Source: Chlamydiota bacterium (GTDB lineage: Bacteria; Auribacterota; Tritonobacteria; UBA1439). Taken from it: DNA of 64,000 nt. The notes beneath the pieces are model-generated. The model saw nothing but the letters and a program-made list of their open reading frames with translations. It was not told the origin of the DNA and did not search any database. How positions within the stretch are numbered: position 1 is the stretch's first letter; every line of letters begins with the position of its first letter. Shown here piece by piece: positions 7,641 through 16,139 of the stretch. The DNA lies in NCBI GenBank assembly GCA_012729785.1, contig JAAYCL010000042.1:29743-93742 (forward strand). The letters run 5' to 3'. The position numbers were made by a program, and so were the translations under genes.

Positions 7641-9023
7641 ATGGACGATGCCAAAGGCCTCCTCGCGGCCCTTGCGGCCGTCGTGGGAGAGGACCACGTC
7701 GTGTCGGCGCCGGAGGAGCTCGCCTGCTACGGCGTCGACGCCGCGAAGGTGCGCGCCGTGCCCGACGTCGTCGTGCGGCCCGCCACCGCCGCGGAGGTCT
7801 CCGGCGTGCTCCGCCTCGCCAACGAGCGGCGCGTGCCCGTCTACCCTCGCGGGGCCGGTTCCGGGCTCACCGGGGGCGCGTCCCCGCTGCGCGGCGGCAT
7901 CGCGCTCGAGATGGCGCGGATGAACCGCATCCTCTCCGTCGATCCAGACGACCTGGTCGCCGTCGTCGAGCCCGGGGTGGTCCTCGCCGACCTCCAGGCC
8001 GCCGTCGAGCGGAAAGGCCTCTTCTACCCGCCGGACCCGGCGAGCAGCGGGTTCTGCACCGTCGGGGGGACGCTTGCGGCGTGCGCGGGGGGGCTCCACT
8101 GCGTGAAGTACGGCGTGACCCGCGACTACCTCCTCTCGGCGGAGGCGGTGCTGCCGACCGGGGAGATCGTCCACACGGGGAGCCGGACCCTGAAGAGCGT
8201 GGTCGGGTACGACCTTGGCCGCCTCCTGGTCGGCTCCGAGGGGACGCTCTGCGTCTTCACCCGCGCCGTCCTGCGCCTCATCCCCCTCCCGGCGTGCGTG
8301 CGGACGGTGATGGCGTTCTTCCGGCGTGTCGACGACGCCGTGGACGCGGCGCACGGCGTCATGCGGAGCGGCATCCTGCCCAGGACGCTCGAGCTGATGG
8401 ACGAGATGACCATCCGGTGCATCGTGGCCTATAAGCCGTTCCCGATGCCGTCGGGCACCCGGGCGATCGTCCTCGCGGAGTCCGATGGCAGCGCGGAGGA
8501 AGCGTCCCGGGAGGTTGGGCGCATGGCGGGGCTCCTTGAATCCTCCTCCGCGCTCGCCGTCGACTGTCCGCCTGACCGGGCGGAGGCCGACCTGCTCTGG
8601 GAGATACGCCGGGCGGCGTCTCCGGCCCTCTATGCCTTGAGCCCGGGCAAGCTGAACGAGGATGTCTGCGTGCCGCTGAGCGGGATGAAGGATCTGCTCC
8701 GCGGCGCCGCCGCGATCGCGGAGCGGAACCGGGTCGCCATCGCCTCGTTCGGGCATGCGGGCGACGGAAACATCCACGTGAACATCCTCTACGACACCGC
8801 GGACGCGGCGGAGCGGGGGAGGGCGGAGAAGGCGGTCGAGGAGCTGTTCCGCCTGGTGCTGGAGGCGGGGGGGAGCATCTCGGGCGAGCACGGGATCGGC
8901 ACCGCCAAGGCCCGCTTCCTCAGCTGGGAGGTCGGGGCGCGCGAGATCGCCCTGATGCGGAGCATCAAGCGACTCCTCGACCCGAATGAGATCCTCAATC
9001 CGGGCAAGATATTCCCGGACTGA
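7641..9023 (+). CDS. glcD: FAD-linked oxidase, glycolate/D-lactate dehydrogenase GlcD family
   Basis: PRGAGSGLTGG, FYPPDPAS, VKYGVTRDY, GHAGDGNIH, SGEHGIG and LNPGKIF motifs. Confidence 0.85.
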   Translation: MDDAKGLLAALAAVVGEDHVVSAPEELACYGVDAAKVRAVPDVVVRPATAAEVSGVLRLANERRVPVYPRGAGSGLTGGASPLRGGIALEMARMNRILSVDPDDLVAVVEPGVVLADLQAAVERKGLFYPPDPASSGFCTVGGTLAACAGGLHCVKYGVTRDYLLSAEAVLPTGEIVHTGSRTLKSVVGYDLGRLLVGSEGTLCVFTRAVLRLIPLPACVRTVMAFFRRVDDAVDAAHGVMRSGILPRTLELMDEMTIRCIVAYKPFPMPSGTRAIVLAESDGSAEEASREVGRMAGLLESSSALAVDCPPDRAEADLLWEIRRAASPALYALSPGKLNEDVCVPLSGMKDLLRGAAAIAERNRVAIASFGHAGDGNIHVNILYDTADAAERGRAEKAVEELFRLVLEAGGSISGEHGIGTAKARFLSWEVGAREIALMRSIKRLLDPNEILNPGKIFPD

Positions 9024-9087
9024 TTCCGAGGGAACCGGGCCGGGCCCCGCGCGCGGTGCGGGCGGCGGTTCGGAGGGGGCGCGCCCC

Positions 9088-10374
9088 ATGGCGACGGATC
9101 CGTGCATACACGAGCTGCGGCAGGAGATCGCGCGCTGCGCGCGCTGCGGGAAATGCCGCGCCGTGTGCCCGACGTTTCTCGCCACCAGGGACGAAGCGCG
9201 GGCAGCCCGCGGGCGCATCAACCTGATGGAGTCGATCCTCGACGGCGCCGCGCCGTTCAGCGCGCGCGCAGCCGAGCTGCTGACGAGCTGCTACGGGTGC
9301 ACGCGCTGCGTGGAGCAGTGCCCCAGCGGCGTCCGCGTCGATCTTCTGATGCAGCGCGCCCGGGAGATGGCGGCGCGCCGGTTCGGCATCCCGCTCCCCG
9401 CGCGCCTGCTGTTCCGGCACGTCCTCCCCCGCCGCCGGCTCTACGACGCGGCGGTGCGTCTCGCGCGCTTCACCCAGCGGTTTCTCCGCAGGAGTCGGGC
9501 GCAGCCGCTGCGCCACCTTCCGCTCCTCTACGAAGGGCGGCGCAGCGTCCCCGCGCTCGCCCGGCGTTCGGCGCTGCATTCGCTTCCGGAGCTGCACAAG
9601 GGGCGCGGGGAGATCAAGGTCTCGCTTTTCCTCGGCTGTCTGCTCAACTACGTCTATCCCGACATCGCCGCGTCGATTTTGAAGATCCTTTCGCTGCACG
9701 GCGTGGACGTGATCGTCCCGAAGGCCCAGCTCTGCTGCGGGGCGCCGGTACTGGCCTCCGGCGACGAGGAGGCGGCGCGCCGCCTCGCCCGGCGCAACCT
9801 GTCCTGTCTAGAGCCGGGGAAGGTGGACGCGGTCGTCTTCGGGTGCGCCTCGTGCGCCCTCACGATGAAGCGGGACTATCCGCGGCTGCTCGGGGGGGCC
9901 GAGGCGCTCGCGGCGAAGATCACCGACATCTCCGAGTTCATACACGCGCGCCTCGGCTACAGCAACCTCCCCCTCGACGACACGGTCACCTACCACGATC
10001 CGTGCCACCTGCGGTGGGGCAGGGGGGTGGGGGAGCCGCCCCGGGAGGTCCTCCGGCGGAGTGCCCGTTACGTGGAGATGGACAGGGCGGGGGACTGCTG
10101 CGGTCTCGGCGGCAGCTTCAGTCTCTCCCACTACGATATCTCCTGTCTCCTGGGGGAGGCGAAGGTCGCCTCGATCCGCGCGAGCGGGGCAACCATCGTG
10201 GCGACCTCCTGTCCGGGCTGCATCCTCCAGCTCGAGGACCAGCTCGCGCGGCAGGGGATGGGAAATCCCGTGGTGCACGTCGCCCAGCTGTACGAGAGGA
10301 GCTTCCTGAAGGGGCGCCTGCCGCTGCCCGGCAGCTCCTCGTCCTCCTCCGGGTTCCTCACCTTGAGCAGGTGA
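9088..10374 (+). CDS. Fe-S oxidoreductase, GlcF family (2x4Fe-4S plus two CCG domains)
   Basis: CARCGKCRAVCP, CYGCTRCVEQCP, LCCGAP, YHDPCHL, CCGLGG and TSCPGC motifs. Confidence 0.85.
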   Translation: MATDPCIHELRQEIARCARCGKCRAVCPTFLATRDEARAARGRINLMESILDGAAPFSARAAELLTSCYGCTRCVEQCPSGVRVDLLMQRAREMAARRFGIPLPARLLFRHVLPRRRLYDAAVRLARFTQRFLRRSRAQPLRHLPLLYEGRRSVPALARRSALHSLPELHKGRGEIKVSLFLGCLLNYVYPDIAASILKILSLHGVDVIVPKAQLCCGAPVLASGDEEAARRLARRNLSCLEPGKVDAVVFGCASCALTMKRDYPRLLGGAEALAAKITDISEFIHARLGYSNLPLDDTVTYHDPCHLRWGRGVGEPPREVLRRSARYVEMDRAGDCCGLGGSFSLSHYDISCLLGEAKVASIRASGATIVATSCPGCILQLEDQLARQGMGNPVVHVAQLYERSFLKGRLPLPGSSSSSSGFLTLSR

Positions 10375-10607
10375 CAATCCCCGGTTCAGGCGCATCATCC
10401 GCCCCGCCCCGGGGCTCCTTCCGTTCCGGTTGTCGGCCTCGCGCCTCGTATCGCGTGCACGAGAGCGGCGCAACCAAGGTTGACAGTGACAACCGGCGTT
10501 GACACCCTCCCCGCGCCTGTCCCCGGCATCCCGCACGAACCGGCATCGTTGCGTTTTGCGCCCGAACACGTTGTGTGCTGTACGCGGCCAGGCCGGTCGC
10601 GGCGGCT

Positions 10608-10624
10608 TGGGCACGAATCTTGCT
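10608..10624 (+). promoter_or_regulatory. Probable sigma-54 (-24/-12) promoter
   Basis: TG-GGCACG-AATC-TTGCT, with GG at 10610-11 and GC at 10622-23 separated by exactly 10 nt. Confidence 0.6.
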
Positions 10625-10698
10625 GTAGTAGACAGATGCGCCCGCGTCGGCGTAGGCGCACGAGGCGCACGGAAAGCGGGGGCGAAGCCGGGGCAGCC

Positions 10699-11847
10699 GT
10701 GAGCGCGCGTCGCGTCCTGCATCGTCTATCTCCGGCGGTTCGGCGCCGCGCGGCGTTGGCGGCGGCGCTCGTCGCCCTGCTGTCCGCGCCGGCCGGCGCG
10801 CAGAAGGCCGAGAAGACGGCGCTCCGCTGCTGGCGCTGCGGGGAGGTGTTCACCGTCCTCCAGCAGGCTTCGGCGGGGCGCTGTCCCGCGTGCCGCACCG
10901 TCTGCAGGAGGGTGGAGGAACCGGGGCTCCTCAAGATCCACTGCCTCGACGCGGGCGCCTCCGGCTGCTCGTTCGTCTGCCGCTGTCCCGGAGGGGAGAC
11001 GGCGGTCTTCGTCGGCGGGCGGGACGGCGAGGGCGAGCGGATCGCCGGCTACCTGGCGGAGCTGGGCGTCGGCGAGATCGCCGTGCTGATCGGCGCGGAG
11101 CCGGAAGGCGGCTGCCTGCGCTCGGTCGTGGAACTGATGCGGCGCTTCAAGGTCGCGCAGCTGTTCGACCCGGGCTTCGGGAGCGGGGAGGCGCGCTACG
11201 CGGAGTATATCGACCTGCTCAGGAGAGAGGAGGTCGACTACCGGGTGGTGCGGGCGATGGAGAACCTCGCCCTGGGGCCGGTCAGGATGTACGTCGTGCG
11301 CGCGGGATCGTTCGGGGACGAGGCGGCGGGGGGCAGGCGCGTGAGCCTCTGCATCGTCCACGGAGGCAACTCGTTTTTGCTCTCCAGGGGCGCGCGCGCC
11401 GGCGCGGCGCCCGCGCAGCCGCCCGTGGACGCGGCGCTCCCCGGATTCCTCTTTACGGGCGACGTCGCGGAGCTGAAGGCGTGCGGCGCCCCGTACGGCC
11501 CGCGCGGCGCGCTGGTGCTGGAGAGCAACGGCGTCGGCATCGGCGTCAAACAGTTCGGGCGGATCACCGTCGCCTCGGCCGGCGGGTCGGACGCGGGGGG
11601 AGGGCCGGGTCCGCCTGCACAGGGCGCCGCGGCCGCCCGTTCCGCCTCGAAGGAGAGGATCAACATCAACAGCGCCTCGGCGCAGGAGCTCGACGCCTTG
11701 AGCGGGATAGGGGCGGCGAAGGCCGCGATGATCGTCGAGTTCCGGCAGGCGAACGGGAGATTCAACCGCATCGAGGATTTGAAGAAGGTCCCCGGTATCG
11801 GGGAGAAGCTCTTCCAGCGCAACAGGGACCGGATCTGCGTCGACTGA
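10699..11847 (+). CDS. Secreted protein: Zn-ribbon, degenerate ComEC-type metallo-beta-lactamase fold, C-terminal ComEA HhH domain (alternative start 10636)
   Basis: Signal-like N-terminus; CWRC..CPAC; LKIHCLDAG...YLAELGV; C-terminal ININSASAQELDALSGIGAAKA...KVPGIGEK. Confidence 0.7.
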   Translation: MSARRVLHRLSPAVRRRAALAAALVALLSAPAGAQKAEKTALRCWRCGEVFTVLQQASAGRCPACRTVCRRVEEPGLLKIHCLDAGASGCSFVCRCPGGETAVFVGGRDGEGERIAGYLAELGVGEIAVLIGAEPEGGCLRSVVELMRRFKVAQLFDPGFGSGEARYAEYIDLLRREEVDYRVVRAMENLALGPVRMYVVRAGSFGDEAAGGRRVSLCIVHGGNSFLLSRGARAGAAPAQPPVDAALPGFLFTGDVAELKACGAPYGPRGALVLESNGVGIGVKQFGRITVASAGGSDAGGGPGPPAQGAAAARSASKERININSASAQELDALSGIGAAKAAMIVEFRQANGRFNRIEDLKKVPGIGEKLFQRNRDRICVD

Positions 11848-11901
11848 GAGGCGAGGGCCCTCTCCCCGGACGCCCGCCCCCGCTGTGGTATACTCTGGGC
11901 G

Positions 11902-13689
11902 ATGAGTGTGCGCACCCTCCGCCGTGCGCGGGCCGCCGCGGCAGCAGGCCCGGGCGCGGCCGCCCTGATCCTCGCCGCCCTCCTGCCGGGCATCGCCGCG
12001 GGGGCGGCGATCCCCGCGCCGCCGGCGGGGGGCGGTTCCGCCTCTTCACGGCAACCGGGGGTCGTTGCCGTTCCGCCGTCACCGCCATCCCCGACGCCGT
12101 CCGTTGTCCCCTCCCCGCCGCCGCTCGAGACGCAGGGGGCGTCCACGGAGTTTCTTCTGCGCTGGGACCGGCGGTACCGGCTCGTGGATCCGGAGGTGGA
12201 TCCGTCGCGCCGCGGCGCCTCGAAGGATTTCGCACGGGGGATCGCCGAGCTCAAGAAGGCGATCCTTACGGGCATCCCCGACGAGGGGATGTACTACCGT
12301 CTCGGCTACTGCTACGAGAAGCTGGGGGATCTCGAGCGGGCGCTGGACGCCTATCGGCGCGCCGCCCCGGACGAGGCGCCTGAAGGGGACGGAGAGTTCG
12401 CCTGCGCGCTCGCCTATCGGCTCGGTCTCGTGCTCGCTCGGATGGGGAAGCACGCGGAGGCGGCGGCGGAGTTCGAGAAGGCGCTCGCCTGTCCCGCCCT
12501 GGCCGCCGCCGCGCGCAACAACCTCGGCAGCTGCTACCGCGTCCTCCACCTGAAAAGGAAGGCGATCGATGAGTTCGAGGCCGCCGCGGCGCTCGATCCG
12601 CGGATGGCCGAGGCGCACCTGAACCTGGGCATCACGCAGGCCGAGCTGGGGCGGACCGATGCCGCCGTGGAATCGCTCCGCAGGGCGCTGGGGCTGGACC
12701 CCCGTCTTCGTGGCGCGGCATACAGTCTCGGCGTCGTGCTCGCCGCGCGGGGCGACGCACGGGGAGCGGAGGAGGCGCTGAGGGCGGCCGCCGCGGCGTT
12801 CCCTGACGACGAGAAGACGCACCTCGCCCTCGCGCGGCTCTACCTCGATTCCGGACGGAAGGAGGAGGCGCGGCGCGCCGCCCGCAGCGCCTTCGCCCTC
12901 ATGCCGGTGCTGCGGGCCGAGAATCTCGACCTCGACACCGCCCTCGGCGGGGAGGCGCCCGCCCCGGCCGCATCCCCCGCCCCGGGGCGGGAGGAGGACG
13001 AGGAGCTCCTCGGGCGGGCGCGCGCCGCCGTCGCGGGGGGGGACCGGGCGGAGGCGGAGCGCCTCTTCTCGGCGCTGCTGAGGCGGAACCCGTCCTCCGC
13101 GGCCGCGTGCCTCGGCCTGGCGTTCCTCAGCGAGTTCTCCGGTTCCGAGCGCTACGGCGCGGGGTTCCCGGAGGAGCGGTGTATCGGCTACTACCGCAGG
13201 GCGCTGGAGGCGCAGCCGGGGATGAGCACGGCCTGGTTCGGCCTTGGGAATGTCTACGAAAAGATCGGCAGGCACGCGGAGGCCGCGGATGCGTTCCGGA
13301 GGGCGGGGGAGCTCTCCCCTGAGATGCGCTTCGCCTGGTACAACCTCGGCGTCTGCTACATCCGCCTCGGGAAGAGGGAGGAGGCGGAGGCGCAGTTCCG
13401 CAGGGCGCTCGCGCTCGACCCCGCGTTCGCCGACGCCCGCTTCCAGCTCGGCGAGGTCCTCGCGTCGCGTCGCGACTACGGGGGGGCCATCGCGGAGTAC
13501 GAGAAGGTGATCGATCTCGTCCCCTCCCACGCGGATGCGCACTACAGCCTCGCGCGGATCTGCCACCGGGAGGCGGCCGATTCGAAAGCGGCCGCCGAGC
13601 ATTACCGCGCCTACCTGGAGCTGCGGCCGGACGCGCCGGACGCGGCGGAGGTACAGGGCTGGATCGAGGAGATGGAAGGGGGGGGCTGA
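11902..13689 (+). CDS. Exported tetratricopeptide-repeat protein
   Basis: Many TPR-like units (AHLNLGITQAELG, AWFGLGNVYEKIG, AWYNLGVCY, ARFQLGEVL); TGTGGTATACT extended -10 upstream. Confidence 0.85.
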   Translation: MSVRTLRRARAAAAAGPGAAALILAALLPGIAAGAAIPAPPAGGGSASSRQPGVVAVPPSPPSPTPSVVPSPPPLETQGASTEFLLRWDRRYRLVDPEVDPSRRGASKDFARGIAELKKAILTGIPDEGMYYRLGYCYEKLGDLERALDAYRRAAPDEAPEGDGEFACALAYRLGLVLARMGKHAEAAAEFEKALACPALAAAARNNLGSCYRVLHLKRKAIDEFEAAAALDPRMAEAHLNLGITQAELGRTDAAVESLRRALGLDPRLRGAAYSLGVVLAARGDARGAEEALRAAAAAFPDDEKTHLALARLYLDSGRKEEARRAARSAFALMPVLRAENLDLDTALGGEAPAPAASPAPGREEDEELLGRARAAVAGGDRAEAERLFSALLRRNPSSAAACLGLAFLSEFSGSERYGAGFPEERCIGYYRRALEAQPGMSTAWFGLGNVYEKIGRHAEAADAFRRAGELSPEMRFAWYNLGVCYIRLGKREEAEAQFRRALALDPAFADARFQLGEVLASRRDYGGAIAEYEKVIDLVPSHADAHYSLARICHREAADSKAAAEHYRAYLELRPDAPDAAEVQGWIEEMEGGG

Positions 13690-13796
13690 CCGGCGCGCGG
13701 CGCCTTCTCGGCGGCGGGCCGGGGGCGGCGCGGTGAACGGGTGGGCGGGCCGGGCGGCACTGTGCGATAATGGGGGAGACGGGGGAGGGCGGCCGC

Positions 13797-14603
13797 ATGG
13801 GACGGAGCGGGATCCGGAGGAGTCGGGGGCGGGCCGGGGAGGAGCCGGAACGCCGGGCCACGCCGGTCCTGTACCTTTCCCTGACCGCCGCCGTCTCCGC
13901 GCTGCTCGCCGCGGCCGCCGCGGGCCTCTGGCTTCTGCTCGCCCCGCATCTCGCCGCATGGCACCCGTCCGCCGCGGCGGCCTCCTGGTGCGCGCTGGCG
14001 GCGCTCGCCGCCGCATGGGGCGCGTACATCGCCGTCGAGGGGCTCTCCGCCGGGCTTGGGAAGGACCTTCTGGGGCGGGCGCCCGGGGTCCGGCGGGCGC
14101 TCCTGGGCGCGTGCTACCCGCTTTGCCGCGCGGCGGGACGCCTCCTCGGCCGCTCCGCCGAAGCGGTCGGGGCCTCGTTCATCGCCTACAGCAACGCCCT
14201 GGCGGTCCGGGGGGCGGCGCGTCCGGGAGGCGGGGGCCTGCTCGTTCTTCTTCCCCGCTGCCTCCAGCGCGAGGGGTGCGCGCAGGCGGTCAGCATGGAT
14301 GTGCGGAACTGCCGCCGGTGCGGCGGATGCGATCTCTCGAACCTCGTGCCCCTGATGGAGCGGTACGGGTTCCAAATGGCGGTCGCGACCGGCGGGCGGC
14401 TCGCGCGGGCGCTGGTGCGGGACCTGAAGCCGTCCGGGGTGATCGCGGTCGCCTGCGAGCGCGAACTGCTCGAGGGGATCGCGGGCATCGGGGGCATTCC
14501 GGTCCTCTGCATCGCCAATCGCAGGCCCGAGGGGCCGTGCAGGAACACGCGGGTGGACCTCGAGGAGTTCGAGTCGGCGGTGCGTCGTCTCGCGGAGAGG
14601 TGA
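13797..14603 (+). CDS. DUF116-family membrane protein
   Basis: LLPRCLQ, CRRCGGCD, VATGGRLAR, AVACERELLEG and GPCRNT motifs; two N-terminal TM segments. Confidence 0.8.
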   Translation: MGRSGIRRSRGRAGEEPERRATPVLYLSLTAAVSALLAAAAAGLWLLLAPHLAAWHPSAAAASWCALAALAAAWGAYIAVEGLSAGLGKDLLGRAPGVRRALLGACYPLCRAAGRLLGRSAEAVGASFIAYSNALAVRGAARPGGGGLLVLLPRCLQREGCAQAVSMDVRNCRRCGGCDLSNLVPLMERYGFQMAVATGGRLARALVRDLKPSGVIAVACERELLEGIAGIGGIPVLCIANRRPEGPCRNTRVDLEEFESAVRRLAER

Positions 14604-14610
14604 GGAGGGC

Positions 14611-15096
14611 GTGAACGAGGTGAAGGGGATCGAGTTCGTCGCGGGCGGCGCGGAGCTGCTGCCGCGCGTCCGGCCGCTCTGGGAGGAGCTCAATCGCCAC
14701 CAGCGCGGGCTCTCGACGCACTTCGCGGACAGGTTCGCGGGATTCAGCTTCTCGTTCAGGGAGGCGGCGCTCCTCGAAAAGGCGCGCCGCGGCGCCGTGC
14801 GGATAGAGCTGGCCGTCCTCCCCGGAGTCGGGGACGCGGCCTACTGCGCCGGTTCCGTCCAGTCCAACGGGGACGGGGAGATCGACTCGCTCTTCGTCGA
14901 CGAGCGATTCCGCGGGCGCGGGATCGGAAGCGAGCTCGTGCGGCGGGCGCTGGACTGGATGGACGGGGAGGGGGCGCTGGCGCGGTCGGTCGTCGTGGCG
15001 GAGGGAAACGAACGGGCGCGCGCCTTCTACGCGAGGTTCGGCTTCCTCCCGTTCAGCGTCACGCTCGCACGCAGGGATCCGGCGAGGCGCGGTTGA
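14611..15096 (+). CDS. GNAT family N-acetyltransferase
   Basis: IDSLFVDERFRGRGIGSEL motif A; NERARAFYARFGF. Confidence 0.85.
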   Translation: MNEVKGIEFVAGGAELLPRVRPLWEELNRHQRGLSTHFADRFAGFSFSFREAALLEKARRGAVRIELAVLPGVGDAAYCAGSVQSNGDGEIDSLFVDERFRGRGIGSELVRRALDWMDGEGALARSVVVAEGNERARAFYARFGFLPFSVTLARRDPARRG

Positions 15097-15252
15097 CGAG
15101 GCGAGGGCCTTCCGCCCCGCGCGCGCCGCGGCGGGGGGCGTGCGTGCGCCGGTTCCGGGCGGCGGCACGGAGGCGCGCCTCGATCGGCAACCGATCGCGC
15201 CGTTATTTATCCTTGCCGGTCGGCGGGGGTATGCGATAATGTCCCTTGCGTC

Positions 15253-15945
15253 ATGCACCGGGTCACCTACTCCAAAGAGGGGCTGATTAGGTTCATCTCC
15301 CACCTCGATCTCATCAGGCTCTGGCACAGGGCGTTCAGGAGAGCCGGCCTGCCGGTGAGGATGTCGCGCGGATTCACGCCGCATCCGTCCGTGTCGTTCG
15401 GCCCGCCCCTGCCGCTTGGCGTGGCGGGACAACGGGAGATGCTCGACGTCGCGTTCGACGTCGGCTGCGACCTCTCGGGGGCGCGGGAACGGCTTCAGCA
15501 GGCCCTCCCCGCCGGGGTTCGCGTCGTCGAGCTCCGGCCGGTCCCGGAAGACGGCCCGTCGCTCTGCGCGGAACTGGATCGCGCGACGTACGAGGCGGAG
15601 CTGTGCGGCGCCGAGGCGAACGGCGCCGCGGAGAAGATCGCGGCCGCGCAAGCCGCCGCGAGCATCGTCGTGAAGAAGCATACCGCGAAAGGGGAGCGGT
15701 ACCGCGACATACGTCCCCTTGTGCACCGGCTCGAATGCGGAGAAGGCCCCGGGGGCACCGTCCGGCTCACCTGCACGGTCGGCGTCGGGGACAAGGGGAA
15801 CCTGAACCCGCACGAGCTTCTCGAGGCGCTGCTCGGGGTGCCGGCGGAGCGCGCGAGGGAGATCCCCGTCACGCGCACGGCGCTCCACACGAGCAGGGAC
15901 ACGTCACAGGACAGGCCGCGCGGGCCTGCGTTGAAGAGGCGGTGA
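15253..15945 (+). CDS. Radical-SAM-linked protein, TIGR03936/DUF2344-like
   Basis: YSKEGLIRFISHLDL..RAFRRAGLP..SRGFTPHPSVSFGPPLPLG; usual position upstream of rne/rng. Confidence 0.85.
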   Translation: MHRVTYSKEGLIRFISHLDLIRLWHRAFRRAGLPVRMSRGFTPHPSVSFGPPLPLGVAGQREMLDVAFDVGCDLSGARERLQQALPAGVRVVELRPVPEDGPSLCAELDRATYEAELCGAEANGAAEKIAAAQAAASIVVKKHTAKGERYRDIRPLVHRLECGEGPGGTVRLTCTVGVGDKGNLNPHELLEALLGVPAERAREIPVTRTALHTSRDTSQDRPRGPALKRR

Positions 15946-16139
15946 CCGGACACGCGGCCGCCGTCGGAGCCACCTGATGCAACGTACGTTCGGAACGGTG
16001 ACAGGGCGCGAAAGCGGCGGGGGCCGGGACACGGCCGCCCGGCCGCCCTGGGAGGCGATCCTCCCGGTCTTTCGGCGCGCCCGCCCTCTCCGCACGGCTC
16101 CGTGCAACGCGTCGCGCGGACCGGAAAGGATCCAGTTCG

